Of a stretch of 64,000 bases of DNA, positions 39,701 through 50,917 are shown piece by piece. The DNA lies in the NCBI GenBank assembly GCA_043228905.1, contig JBHGNT010000014.1:13144001-13208000 (forward strand), in the 5' to 3' direction. The stretch's first letter is position 1; each line of letters opens with the position of its first letter. The notes under the pieces are model-generated. The model ran no database searches, was not told the origin of the DNA, and saw only the letters and a program-made list of their open reading frames with translations. The stretch is from Azolla caroliniana. Taxonomy: Eukaryota > Plantae > Polypodiophyta. The position numbers and the translations under genes were made by a program.

Positions 39701-41871
39701 CTATGCCCACAAATTCATCATTCCCTAGTGAACCCCTCCACTCATTTAAGAATACCACCACTACCAAACAACCAAACCCTAGTAGACCACTACATACAAT
39801 TATACCAATAGAATCTACCTATCAACCTTCTATTCTAGGACCAATCCCCAAGGCGTGTGCTCCCAAACCTTCGAAAGTCCGATCTTTGAAGGAGATCTAC
39901 GAACAAACAAACCTCACTTCTAGTATATTAGAAAAGCATCCATCACTAGACTCCACTATATTTGATCCCTTAGATATATTATATCAACAAATGATCCAAG
40001 ATCCATCCATCGATCGTGATCTTCAATTACTAAATCTTGAATCTTTTGATGATGTCAATATACAGGAAGCTCTCTCAGGAACTGAAGCCATCTCATGGCG
40101 TGAAGCCATGGCCTCGGAGTACCAATCTCTCATGGAGAATGGTACATGGCAACTAGTACCACAACCGCCGGATCGAAAACTGGTATCATGCAAATGGCTA
40201 CTCCGAAAGAAGTTTAATGCGGATGGCTCGATCTCGCGCTACAAAGCTCGACTTGTAGCGCGAGGATTTCCACAAGTACCCGGTATGGACTACAACGAGA
40301 CTTTTTCTCCCGTCCTCCGGATGACCTCATTCCGAGCATTACTCGCCACTGCCGCACAACTTCATCTCCTCGTCCATCAAATGGATGTTCGAACAGCATT
40401 TCTACATGGAAACCTACATGAAGAGATCTACATGGAGCAACCACCCGGTTATATATCTCAAGATTACCCAAACTATGTATGTAAATTAAACAAATCACTA
40501 TACGGCCTAAAACAATCCCCACGTCAATGGTATGAAAGATTTAACTCATGTATGTCAAACCTAGGATATGTTCGTTTTCAATCCGACCCTAATGTATATA
40601 GCCGAAATGGCCCTAATATAATACTCCTCCTAGCCATTTATGTAGATGATATCCTCATCCTATCCAACTCTGAAAACACACTATGTAAAGCAAAGAGTGA
40701 ACTCCATGCATCATTCTCGATGCAAGATATGGGAGCCCTCCATTATTGCCTAGGTATCCAAGTTATTCAAGATCCGTCCCAAGGCATCATCCAAATAAAC
40801 CAAAAATCCTACATTGAGTCACTCCTTAAGAAGTACAACATGTCCAAATGTAAAGGTATCGCAACTCCCCTACCAATCTCCCTTAAAACAAAAACATCAA
40901 CCTCATCAATGACTCAAACATCGGATATGGTGGCGTTTCCATATGCCAACATCCTTGGTGGAATTAGATACCTCGTCACATGTACAAGACCCGACATTTG
41001 CTTTGCAGCTAACTTCTTATCTCGTTACATGCAGGCACCAAGTCCTATTCACACCCAACACTTGAAGCGCCTGTTAAGGTACCTTCAAGAAACTAAGGAC
41101 TTCGGCATCACCTACTCGGCATGTCAACCATTACCGACACCATACCTAACTTGCTACTCGGATGCCGATTGGGGGGGTGATGAAGACACATTACAATCGA
41201 CATCAGGCTACGTCTACCTCCTATCAAATGGTGCCATTTCATGGCAGAGCAAAAGGCAACAAAGAGTCACACTCTCATCAACGGAAGCAGAATATGTAGC
41301 AATGACATTGGCACTTAAAGAAGGAATTTGGCTAAAAGACTTCTTGAAGGAAACAACTCTATTCCCCGATCATCCACTTCTCCTTCAATGTGATAACATG
41401 TCAGCCATCATGCTCGCAAAAAATCTCAAACATTCCGAGCTAACAAAGCACATTGCCATGAAGCTACAATTTACGAGGGAACTACTACATGAAGGCAATA
41501 TTCAAATAAGTCATGTGCGCACCGAACAACAATGGGCAGACTTCTTAACGAAGTCCACACAAAAATCAAAACATTACGAAAGTTGTAATAAACTAGGATT
41601 AAAAAGCTACTTAGTTAATATTATCTAACTTAGGGGGGTGTATTAGAATATAAGTTAAATAATATTATTAATAATAAATATAATATAACTGCCCTCCCGG
41701 TGATAACACCAAGAAAGGTTTCTAACTGCCTTATATGGCTATAAATAGGTCTCTAAGACCTATAGTTGTAATAGGACGATTTCAATACAGATTTACATTA
41801 CTTTACTTTCTCCCTCTCTCTCTCTCTGTCTCTCTCTCTCTTGCCTCTTCTCTTTTCATCTCTTCTCAACA
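36735..41871 (+). mobile_element. Intact, very recent Ty1/Copia LTR retrotransposon (5137 bp, short LTRs, possibly Ale-like)
   Basis: 231-bp LTRs 36735-36965 and 41641-41871 appear identical; TSD GAATT (36730-36734, 41872-41876); PBS TGGTATCAGAGC at 36966; PPT AGGGGGG before 41641. Confidence 0.97.
37105..41628 (+). CDS. Copia gag-pol polyprotein (uninterrupted)
   Basis: Zinc knuckle CTYCGRHGHLEREC, protease LDTGATHHM, WHYRFGH, integrase SDLCGP/SDNGGEY/SERKN, RT YVDD, RNase H DADWGG..EAEY..CDN..ADFLTK. First ATG at 37105. Confidence 0.97.
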   Translation: MAQHAHGTPNSSISTPSPSTPIPGFSTTQGTTPLVPTTTRSYNLDKLTGPNYLTWATRMTLMLKRADLWNVVSGTTQPTETNNTEWMAKDLQAQTELMFHLGDPQVQMVRRCDTSAEIWKVLRSTYHHEDLITQVASLKKLLISSVTENQEITKFLDEWRILLDNALLSGLQLDSNLQAMLLLAALPSSWRPFITTQASMTGLTVESLMARIRQEEIMRNGAHHSNATFSTPSMQYVQRQPNFKRGPPFRRNNNNMRPATASTKVCTYCGRHGHLERECRTKRREQLNQSQQQRQQPHGRHPRAHLQQLDVPEVGQYGMESLQLFTSLLNSSNCLSHTTDISEWLLDTGATHHMTPQKHWLRDYKHLSSTMRVYLGNNQFLTAIGVGNLHITLPSGVNVNIYNVYHIPGLSRNILSVTTATSTGSSIEFFHDSCIIHFKLPNGQFEIIKIPQKDRLYPLAISMSNPHSVIGHTSIHSLHMAKAVSTLMWHYRFGHINSVTLHRMVKDKLCVGLPLYLNPIELCEGCILGKSSHKSHQTSLNKSTQLNQLVHSDLCGPMESSSLTGSHYFLTFIDDFSRYTTIYFLKKKSEVLTHFKEHCNLVVRQHDLPIQALRSDNGGEYGSNAFEAFCKDEGIQQQFTVPYTPQQNGVSERKNRTLVGAARAMLLTAGLPKTYWEEVVATACYVQNRVPHANDPKTTPYFYWFGKPPNVQHLRIFGCVAYPVKALDLRKKLDPTSTRMIFVGYGDRFGVKAYRLYDPEQRKFHLAHSVYFNETSLLSPQQEIHNPITPLTLPSTTPTIPLSTPKRHTQVEWEEVSQLAPLPPQTLIPIVPTTTTQPTLHAPPTPTTPKTPPWSLGQKTKSLLFPMPTNSSFPSEPLHSFKNTTTTKQPNPSRPLHTIIPIESTYQPSILGPIPKACAPKPSKVRSLKEIYEQTNLTSSILEKHPSLDSTIFDPLDILYQQMIQDPSIDRDLQLLNLESFDDVNIQEALSGTEAISWREAMASEYQSLMENGTWQLVPQPPDRKLVSCKWLLRKKFNADGSISRYKARLVARGFPQVPGMDYNETFSPVLRMTSFRALLATAAQLHLLVHQMDVRTAFLHGNLHEEIYMEQPPGYISQDYPNYVCKLNKSLYGLKQSPRQWYERFNSCMSNLGYVRFQSDPNVYSRNGPNIILLLAIYVDDILILSNSENTLCKAKSELHASFSMQDMGALHYCLGIQVIQDPSQGIIQINQKSYIESLLKKYNMSKCKGIATPLPISLKTKTSTSSMTQTSDMVAFPYANILGGIRYLVTCTRPDICFAANFLSRYMQAPSPIHTQHLKRLLRYLQETKDFGITYSACQPLPTPYLTCYSDADWGGDEDTLQSTSGYVYLLSNGAISWQSKRQQRVTLSSTEAEYVAMTLALKEGIWLKDFLKETTLFPDHPLLLQCDNMSAIMLAKNLKHSELTKHIAMKLQFTRELLHEGNIQISHVRTEQQWADFLTKSTQKSKHYESCNKLGLKSYLVNII

Positions 41872-42989
41872 GAATTGACTCTCAGGTGCGGTCGTGGGGA
41901 TGTCCAGCAACGGATCCGGATCTGCTCCATTAACCATTGTCATCATAACTGCCATCATTATATTGATTGACAAACCCAAGATGGGGATCAACGCATTCAT
42001 GGCCATAATAATTAGAATTTAGGACTATGAAATACGAATTGAAACGGAAAGTATGCTAGGATATAGATAGATAAGTCACTAAGACCAAACAAATATTTTT
42101 CTCCATAGTTTTGGTTACTCTTGCTTCTGCTGCTTCACTTGGCATGAATGCCTTTTTATACCCACGTTACCATACCGATATATTTATATTTATAATTGCG
42201 TGTGCGCGTATGTGGATTGCTCGGTCATGATAGTCCCCAAATAGAAAACATAATTAGTCTTCACATGAACAATCCTAGTCTAGTCTTTGTCACTCTTTGG
42301 ATGGTTTTACATTCACCATGTGGCGCATCAAATGTCTAATAATTAATTAATCCAATTTCTGTAAGGAGCTGAATTTCTAGTATTAATCCATGCTCCTGAT
42401 GACGCAATAAACAAGCCGGCATCGTTTGACATTGTGTGTCCAGAGGTTTTCTTTTTTGTTTGATAATGACTCTAGATACCTGTTTTATGTCAAGCTAATG
42501 TTGCAATTATGTGTGTTGGCCATAATTTGATTCCCAAAGGTTTAGAAGAAGAAGAAGAAGAAGAAGTGTATTAGTGTCTCCAAAGAGCGCACGCATGCGT
42601 AAAACTTGTCTTCTTATTTGACAAAAGTAACTTTACTAAAATGTGGATTTGGTCATCCGGTTATAATAGGTTTATAGATCAAATCCAAGTAAAACTTTTT
42701 TAAAGTATATTTTATGTTTACTTTCCAATATATCTGCTTTCAAGTTTTATTCAATATATGCAACCTAAAGTCCACTGAGACACCTCACCTTGATTCTACT
42801 ATTTTTCAAGCCTCGAATGTTTCTAAATGATATTGGCTCTCTTATATAGTTGTGGAGAACCTCTAATATAGTTACTTGATGAACCTCAACTTTATTTGAT
42901 AAACTTGAACCACTAAGATTGTTAGGTACTCCCAATGAAATACACTCAAGTTTACCAATAGTAGCAACTTGGTTTATCTAACATCTCGG

Positions 42990-43250
42990 CCTGTGGGGAC
43001 AATTTACTACAATATGCATTGGGCCACCACAACATAAACATAGGTGGTTTGGTCAATGTCGTTGTTTTTCCTCTTCTAACAATAGTCCATGATGACTTGT
43101 TGCATCGATTTCCATTTGTGTGGGAGTGGGGTGGGGATAGTACAAGGAAACGGTTGTGAGAAGATCTTGTGATTTTGGGGAATATTTTCCCCTTACGTTT
43201 AATTTTGGTGCTTCCTCCTCAATGTTGCTCATCTTCCTCTTCCTCATCGC
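42990..43250 (-). pseudogene. Gypsy-type gag remnant
   Basis: PTQMEIDA..EEEKQRH*..LCLCCGGPMHIVVNCP (zinc knuckle). Confidence 0.55.
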
Positions 43251-45086
43251 TGCTCATCTTCCGCTATCCCACTGAGCCAAAATCCATCTTAGATATTCCT
43301 CGCATGCCTAACTCAACGTTAATCGTTTTCCCCATCGTTCATAAAGTGTAGTCCTCTATCCTGACATTTCTCCTCTTCATGGTTGTCGACCTTGCTCATT
43401 AATCATCTTGATATCTCATATCTGGATATCTGTTAGCACCAATCATCCTATCTCAAATTTGATGTTTCTTTCATTAGTGAACCTCTTACATCAAATTTGA
43501 AGCGTACTTTGTGTTAATGAAATTTCTCCTCTTCGTGGTTGTCGAGCTTGTTCATGAATCATTTTGATATCTCAAGCATGGGTATCTGTTAGCACCCATT
43601 CTCTTATCTTAGGTTTGACGTATTTTCAATCATTAAACCTCTTACATAATTTTTGAACCTTCTTCCAATATGAGTTCCACGATCATGTGACACGAATACT
43701 TGTAACCAAATGTGGTGACTCTTTCAACTTCAATGTAGTCCAGGCCCAATTGATAGAACTCTGTCGGCCTTGGAAATCATCCGGATCTCCTAGATGCTGA
43801 TATTGTTGGTTCTAACTCTTCAATTGGCTTGACTGGCCGATCGGTGTTGTTTGAACCGTCTTCAGGAGTCCTGTTAGATGACTCATCCCTATAGTAGGAT
43901 TTTGGTGATGTCATGGAATCGTCCCCTTCTTCGAGATTAGTTGACTGAGAGGTTGAAGAATTAGCTGACTCAGTTTTCCCTTTGGTCTTGGGTCCGTTAG
44001 TCGGGTCGACTCTGTTGTTTCTAGCTCACACCTTATAGACTTTGCCTATTTTCATGGCTTTGTCTCTGAGTTTGACTAGTGGGCCTCCTACAAATTCAGA
44101 TTCAGGGGGTATGTTGTCGGCTTGGTCAAGTTCAACTATTTGTCAAGTCTCTGTTTTGGCCTAGTGGGTTGGTCTTTCTATGATGTCTCTATCGACTTCG
44201 AAGGAGAGCTTCTTACTAGCTATTTTCTATTGCTTCCTTGCAGAGAGAATAGAGTCTTCATTGAAGACCACATCACTACTCTAGATCAATTTCCGATTCT
44301 CTAGATCCCATAGCTTGTAGTTGAATTCCCCATCGGTCCCATAACCGAGAAATATGCATTTTGTTGCATGGGGTGCCAACTTTTTCCTTTTCTCCCTAGG
44401 GATGAATGCATAGGTTTTGCATCCAAATATACGATGTCTATCGTAGGTTGGTTGTTTGCCTGACCATAGTGCCTATGGCACTTCGAGCCTAATTGTTTTC
44501 AACGACAACAGGTTGATCAAATATACTCCCTAGAACTGGAGCTTCTGTCTGGCATGTTGGAGCATTGTCGTCACTCTCTCTTGGATTGTTCTATTGATCC
44601 GTTCAACCATTCCATTCTACATGGGTGTGTATGGAACGGTCTTCTGATGCCGGATCCCTTTGTCGGAGAGGTACGGTTTGAAGGCTTAGGACGTGTATTC
44701 TCCTCCATTATCGAATCAGAGTGTCTTCACTCTATATCCTTACCGGTTCTCCAGTTCCGTTATACATCGAGTAAGGACCTCGAGCACTTCGTCTTTAGAC
44801 CTAATCGAATAGGCCCAGACTTTCTGCATACAATCATCTACAAATGTTATGAAGTAACGGGAGCCACCTAGCTATCTTCCAAGAATGGGCCCACATATAT
44901 CTATGTGCACGAGGCCCAAAGGTTGTCATACCATTTCGTAATGGAGAGAGTGCAAACTTCGGGTTTGTTTCCCATAGCGACAATGCTCGCAGAAGTCTGT
45001 CTTCGCTTGGAGTTTTGGAATGTTGCCAACTGCCATCAACCCATCAAGTCCGCATTGAGACATATGGCAGAGTCAGCCATGCCATA

Positions 45087-45111
45087 GGGTGAAAGCATGC
45101 GAGTGGAAACA
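45087..45111 (+). repeat. Left TIR GGGTGAAAGCATGCGAGTGGAAACA
   Basis: 24/25 match to the reverse complement of 55777-55801. Confidence 0.95.
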
Positions 45112-45440
45112 ATTAGCTATGTCCTTGACATAGCTAATTAGCTATGCAAAAAGCTACCATTGATAAATAGTCATTTTAGTAAAAAGCCATCATTAATAAA
45201 TTAAGTATGCAAAAAACTACCATTGAAAATACTAGAGTGTTTTAATTACATATGTAAATGAGTGCCATAAATGTGCAACATAAATTGATGTGTGCACCAT
45301 AAATGTGTACCATAAATTATATATCGAATTCCTAGGTCCATTATGCATGATCCTTTGCCACATCACGTAGGCCATCTCTAGTTGAGTACTGTGGGTTAGT
45401 TGCTACCACTGTTGCTAAACCCTATCGAGTCCACTTGCCG

Positions 45441-46180
45441 CCACTCTACATTGAGGGGCCGCTACTGTGCGTTCCAAGCATCATCAAAGAGCTGCTCAAT
45501 CTGACGGGGTTCTCTTCTCTGTGACACTCTACACTCAGGGGCCACTACTGTGCATTCCAAGCATCATCAAAGAGCTGTTCAATCTGACGGGGTTCTCTTC
45601 TCTGTGCCACTCTACACTCAGGGGCCATTACTGTGCGTTCCAAGCATCATCAAAGAGCTGTTCAATCTGAGGGGGTTCTCTTCTCTGTGCCACTCTACAC
45701 TCAGGGGCCATTACTGTGCGTTCCAAGCATCATCAAAGAGCTGTTCAATCTGAGGGGGTTCTCTTCTCTGTGCCACTCTACACTCAGGGGCCGCTGCTGT
45801 GCGTTCCAAGCATCATCAAAGAGCTGTTCAATCTGACGGGGTTCTCTTCTCTTTGCCACTCTACACTTAGGGGTTGCTACTGTGCGTTCCAAGCATAATC
45901 AAAGAGCTATTCAATCTGACGGGGTTCTCTTCTCTTTTCCACTCTCACTCAGGGGCCGCTACTGTGCGTTTCAAGCATCATTGGTAACTGTTCAATCTGA
46001 CGGGGTTCTCTTCTCTTTTCCACTCTCACTCAGGGGCCGCTACTGTGCGTTTCAAGCATCATTGGTAACTGTTCAATCTGACGGGGTTCTCTTCTCTATG
46101 CCACTCTATTCTCAAGTGCCTTCTATGTGCGTTTCAAGCATCATCGGTAACTGTTCAATCTGACGGGGTTCTCTCCTCCA
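45441..46180. repeat. 83/81-bp subterminal tandem repeat, about 9 copies plus a degenerate tail
   Basis: Unit CCACTCTACACTCAGGGGCC..CAAGCATCATCAAAGAGCTGTTCAATCTGACGGGGTTCTCTTCTCTGTG; the period shows in ORF starts 45467/45550/45633/45716. Confidence 0.95.
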
Positions 46181-46516
46181 TTTCCATCATTCTATACTCA
46201 GTTGCCACTACTGTCCAGTCCCGGATTGCTTCCACATTTCGATTTGACGGAGTTCACTCATCCAACGGCAACATTCTACACTCAGTTGTTGCCATTGGTC
46301 GGTCTTGGATCGCCTCCTCAACTGTTGGATCCAACAGAGTGAAATCCTCTACTGTTCGGTCTTGGATTGCAATAACTTTTCTGTCTATTGATTATCTTGT
46401 GTATTGTTGTGTCTAATCTTGTGTATTGTGTGGAATATTTTTGTGTATTGTTGTTGCCCATAGCCATCTTTAATACTTGTTTTTTTTCTGGAAATTTAGG
46501 GTTTTAACATGTCTAG

Positions 46517-49500
46517 CCAAATGGAAGGGGAAGAAGGGTGTTTAGAATTACCCCTCAATGTCATAAGGATAGGGATGATGTTATCAGGACACAACAAGCC
46601 ATACGAAACTATTGGGCAGAAAAAAAAAGGAAACATCGTCAATTGTTGAAGGATACGAAAGCCACACTCAGTAAAGGTAAGGATAGTTTAGCTGAGAATG
46701 TAAGTAATGTGACTACCATCATAGAGAGAAAGGTTGTAGACTATTTCAATGTTCAAACCAAGCACATCAGCAATGAAGAAAAGAAGGTAGTACTTTATGG
46801 AATATGTAATGATCCATCGATAAAGGACTTAGTTGATTGTGATGGTCTTAATGCAAACATATCATCTATTTTAGTAAATAATCTTCGTAATAGTTTCTTA
46901 TCCATGAGCAGGTCAGAAGATGATCTTGTCTTAAAAAGGTCTAGTCTAATGATGTTACTTAATAGTGATGTTGACGATATAAACATCAGTGAGCTATCTA
47001 AGGTAATTGGTGTTAGTAGAAAAACAGTGTACAATACAATGAACCGTATAATTTCCTCGGGTGAAGGAACTAGTCTACTAAAGCTAACTACAAGATGTAA
47101 GCCAATGACACCCATAACATTTGAAATCAAGGATGTAATCACAATGTTTTGGACTAATGAGAGTAGGGTTTCACCCAATAAAAAGGATTTATGCAGGAAA
47201 CGTGTTGGAAGAAATCAATACGAGGAGCATCCCATTCATCTTCTTGATGTACCTCAGGTATTTACATTTATCTCAACATTTGTTTTGACTCTACTCGGAA
47301 AGTTAATTAGCTCAGTTAGCAGAAAAGCTAATTAGCTTATCAATTACATTTACCTCAGTTAGCTACTAGGATCGCTACTACATAGGTAACTAGCTACTCT
47401 CAATAGTTACTACCATGATAGCTAATTAGCTATTCTCAATAGCTAATTTAGGTACTACCAGATAATTAGCTGTACTGCTAGCTAGTTAGCTATCATGGTA
47501 GCTAGTTAGCTATTTCGTTATTACCAGCTAATTAGCTACTAGGAAAGCTAATTAGCTACCATGATAGCTAATTAGCTACTATGATAGCTACTACATAGGT
47601 AACTGGCTACTCTCAATAGCTACTACCATGATAGCTAATTAGTTAGGATAGCTAATTAGCCACCATTATAGCTAATTAGCTACTAGACCAGCTAATTAGC
47701 TACCATGATAGCTAATTAGTTACTAGGACAGCTAATTAGCCACCGTGATAGCTAATTAGCTACCATGATAGCTAATTAGCTACTATACCAGCTAATTAGC
47801 TACCATGATAGCTAATTAGTTACTAGGAAAGCTAATCAGCCACCATTATAGCTAATTAGCTACTAGACCAGCTAATTAGCTACCACGATAGCTAATTAGC
47901 TACTAGACCAGCTAATTAGCTACCATGATAGCTAATTAGTTACTAGGAAAGCTAATTAGCCACCATGATAGCTAATTAGCTACTAGACAAGCTAATTAGC
48001 TACCATGATAGCTAATTAGTTACTAGGAAAGCTAATTAGCCACCATGATAGCTAATTAGCTACTAGAGCAGCTAATTAGCTACCATGATAGTTAATTAGC
48101 TACTAGGACAACTAATTAGCTACTAGGACAGCTAATTAGCTACCATGATAGCTAATTAGCTACTACGACAGCTAATTAGCTACCATGATAGCTAATTAGC
48201 TACTAGAATAGCTAATTAGCTACTAGAATAGCTAATTAGCTACCATGATAGCTAATTAGCTACTACGACAGCTAATTAGCTACCATGATAGCTAATTAGC
48301 TACTAGGACAACCAATTAGCTACTAGGACAGCTAATTAGCTATCATGATAGCTAATTAGCTACTAGAATAGCTAACTAGCTACTAGAATAGCTAACTAGC
48401 TACTAGAATAGCTAATTAGCTACTAGGATAGTTAGCTAGTTACGAGAATAACTAATTCCCCTTTATTACGCAGGTCGATTTATTTATTAGGTTCAAACGA
48501 ATGCATCCAACTATCAAAGTTCAACTACGAACATTCGAGTCTCTTAAGCCACACTTTGTGAGACGCTTAAAGGATCGATACACATGTTGTTGCATTTACC
48601 ATGTACAGATGGGTTTTCTGAAGGACTCTGTTAATCTACTACGTCACCATAGCGCATCCCTAACTAATACAGTTTGCACATGTGGGTGCCCAATCTGTCG
48701 ATCAAGCCCGCAAGAGGAGTGTAAATCATCTGAGCACGTTATCTCTTCCATGAGTTATTTATTAGATTCAATATTGTGTCCGAGAGAATCTGACGCTATC
48801 TTCCATATTCATAAATGTGTCATGGGTTTATGTCAAGATTGTGGCCCTACTAGATTTAGGTGGTGTCCAAATGAATTGAGTAGTGAAATATTGATCTCTG
48901 TGAAGTTATTTGAGTCAGTGAACACCAATTTCGAAGGAAAGGTGTGTAAAAGAAAGGATCTAGTTCGGAAGATGCTTAAACCAAGGGATTTGGTGTCTCT
49001 GTTTGTAGTATCTCTAGGAAAGTTCATTAAACACAACTTCATTTATTCATGGCAGGCCCATCAGTTTAAGACTTGCATATCTGATTTCCCAAATGATGTA
49101 GTAGTCTCAGTAGTAGATTTCGCAGAGAATTATACTTTCAAGCAGCAGAATGAAATTCAATCTATGCATTGGTGTTCAGTTCAGGTAACCATTTTTGTGC
49201 ACATAACATATTTTCGAGTTTCAGGTGATGTTAAAAAAGTAATTCATTTCTTTATTTCCGATGATAAGAAGCATGATACCTTGTTCGTCCAACACTGTTT
49301 TAAGTTACATTGGCAGTGGTTATTAGCTCAACGTTTGGAGCTTACTCAACATTGGGTCTGGTCTGACGGAGCTGCGTCACAATTCAAGGCTCGACGTCCA
49401 TTTTATTTTGTGGGGAGGTATCCTGCTATAACAGGTTTGGAGATGAGATGGAATTTTTTTGGGTCTGGCCATGGTAAAGGTGAACATGATGGTGCAGGGG

Positions 49501-50315
49501 CTGTTATAAAGCGGGCACTTACCCATGACCAACGAAAGACAGATGGTGTGCACATGAATTGTGCATCACATGTAGTTGAATTTTTAAGAACAAATATGTC
49601 GACGAGTGCCACAGGTGTTTATTCCTCGCAAGTTCGAGATATCAAACTTGAATTTTGGGAAGTGACGATAGATGAAGTAAATAGGGAGAAGACCTGGGAG
49701 TGCCAAGGAATTCCCGAATTGCGATCTCTGCATGCTGTTCGCGGTTATTCCAGGTTGGATGGTCATTGTATTGCGGTTAGAGAATTGACTTGTTTTTGCT
49801 TCCATTGTGTGCAGGGAAATTGGAGATATTGTCTAAACAAAGCATACATTCAGAATTGGGAGTATCACACTCTGAATGATAAGGAAGCAGTTGATGGAGA
49901 AACAGGGCAGAATGCTGACTTCACATATGAGGGACTTGGAGATACTTTGAGTGATGTCCTGAACGTTGGGGATAACTTCGCTGTAAATGCTGAAGAAGGC
50001 AATTCAGAGGGTGCTGATTTCTATATATTAAAGTGCACGGTTAGTAAACAGTGTGCAAGGCAGAATATTGTAGATGCATGGGGAAATTTTGTATCTGCCG
50101 GGACATTCTACATCGAAGGCATTTTTTATGCAAAACTAGATGACTACGAATATGTGTACAGGCTGTTAGAAGACAAACCAGCGGCGTATATGTACTCTCA
50201 TTTGGTCAGATGCATCAACGTCCCAATGTCAGAATACAATAGCTGCTCCGGTTTATACACTGTTGGTGCTAATGTGTATGAATGTATTTACAATAGTATG
50301 CCATGGAATTTGTAG
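46517..50315 (+). CDS. Sola2-like DDD transposase, about 860 aa; exons ~46517-47257 and 48474-50315 (start uncertain)
   Basis: HTH-like ISELSKVIGVSRKTVY; phase-0 GT-AG intron joins LLDVPQ|VDLFIRFKRMHP; CCCIYH and other Cys clusters; putative catalytic motifs VDFAENY..QNEIQSMHW (D at 49116), WSDGAASQFK (D at 49365), FFGSGHGKGEHDGAG (D at 49488). Sola2 assignment is from recalled motifs. Confidence 0.88.
47320..48440. repeat. Intronic minisatellite of the palindrome TAGCTAATTAGCTA, ~20-bp period
   Basis: Units GCTAATTAGC-TACCATGATA and GCTAATTAGC-TACTAGGACA, entirely within intron 47258-48473. Confidence 0.95.
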
Positions 50316-50790
50316 CTACAAGTAGCACTTACCATGTTCTCTTGTAAAACAAACATGTATTTCGCGAAAACAGATCAACAAATTCGTTTGGAATCAATTT
50401 CTTGTATACAGTCTGCTTTCTGTGCTTCTTTCTCAATAAAATCATGTCTTTTTTGTTAAGTTTTAAGTTATAAGTTATAGCGAAATAGTCATCAGTAGCT
50501 AATTAGTTGTACAAATGCAGCTAATTAGCTGTACAAATGTATTTACAATAGTATGCCATGGAATTTGTAGCTACAAGTAGCACTTACCATGTTCTCTTGT
50601 AAAACAAACATGTATTTCGCGAAAACAGATCAATAAATTCGTTTGGAATCAATTTCTTGTATACAGTCTGCTTTCTGTGCTTCTTTCTCAATAAAATCAT
50701 GTCTTTTTTGTTAAGTTTTAAGTTATAAGTTATAGCGAAATAGTCATCAGTAGCTAATTAGCTGTACAAATGCAGCTAATTAGCTGTCAA
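50281..50790. repeat. 255-bp tandem duplication of the transposase 3' end/3' UTR
   Basis: AATGTATTTACAATAGTATGCCATGG... starts at 50281 and again at 50536; near-identical. Confidence 0.92.
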
Positions 50791-50917
50791 TAGCTAAATA
50801 GTCATCAATAGAATGAAATCAACAATCTGCAACATATTCCTCAAATTACACAGTAGATAAGTACAGTGGGAACAAGTAATTAAATTCTTCATTGAATAAT
50901 GTCATCTCTTTACATAT

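Larger units (their letters stand above)
35814..42006 (-). pseudogene. GLP: Germin-like protein paralogue 2, exon 1 disrupted by a Copia insertion (exons 42006-36638 interrupted, 36541-36405, 36274-36138, 35987-35814)
   Basis: Exons 2-4 have the same sizes and near-identical sequence to copy 1; germin boxes intact; the 5.1-kb element sits inside exon 1. Confidence 0.92.

Noticed and set aside
45467-46163. Series of MRSKHHQRA.. ORFs as a peptide gene family
   Set aside because: They are by-products of the 83-bp tandem repeat, whose period is not a multiple of 3.
46538-47335. ORF 46538 and ORF 48501 as two separate genes
   Set aside because: A canonical phase-0 intron (47258-48473) joins them into one transposase.
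47320-48440. Palindromic repeat-spacer pattern as a CRISPR array
   Set aside because: Repeats are 14 bp with recurring 6-nt linkers rather than unique ~30-nt spacers; the array is in a eukaryotic intron and there are no cas genes.
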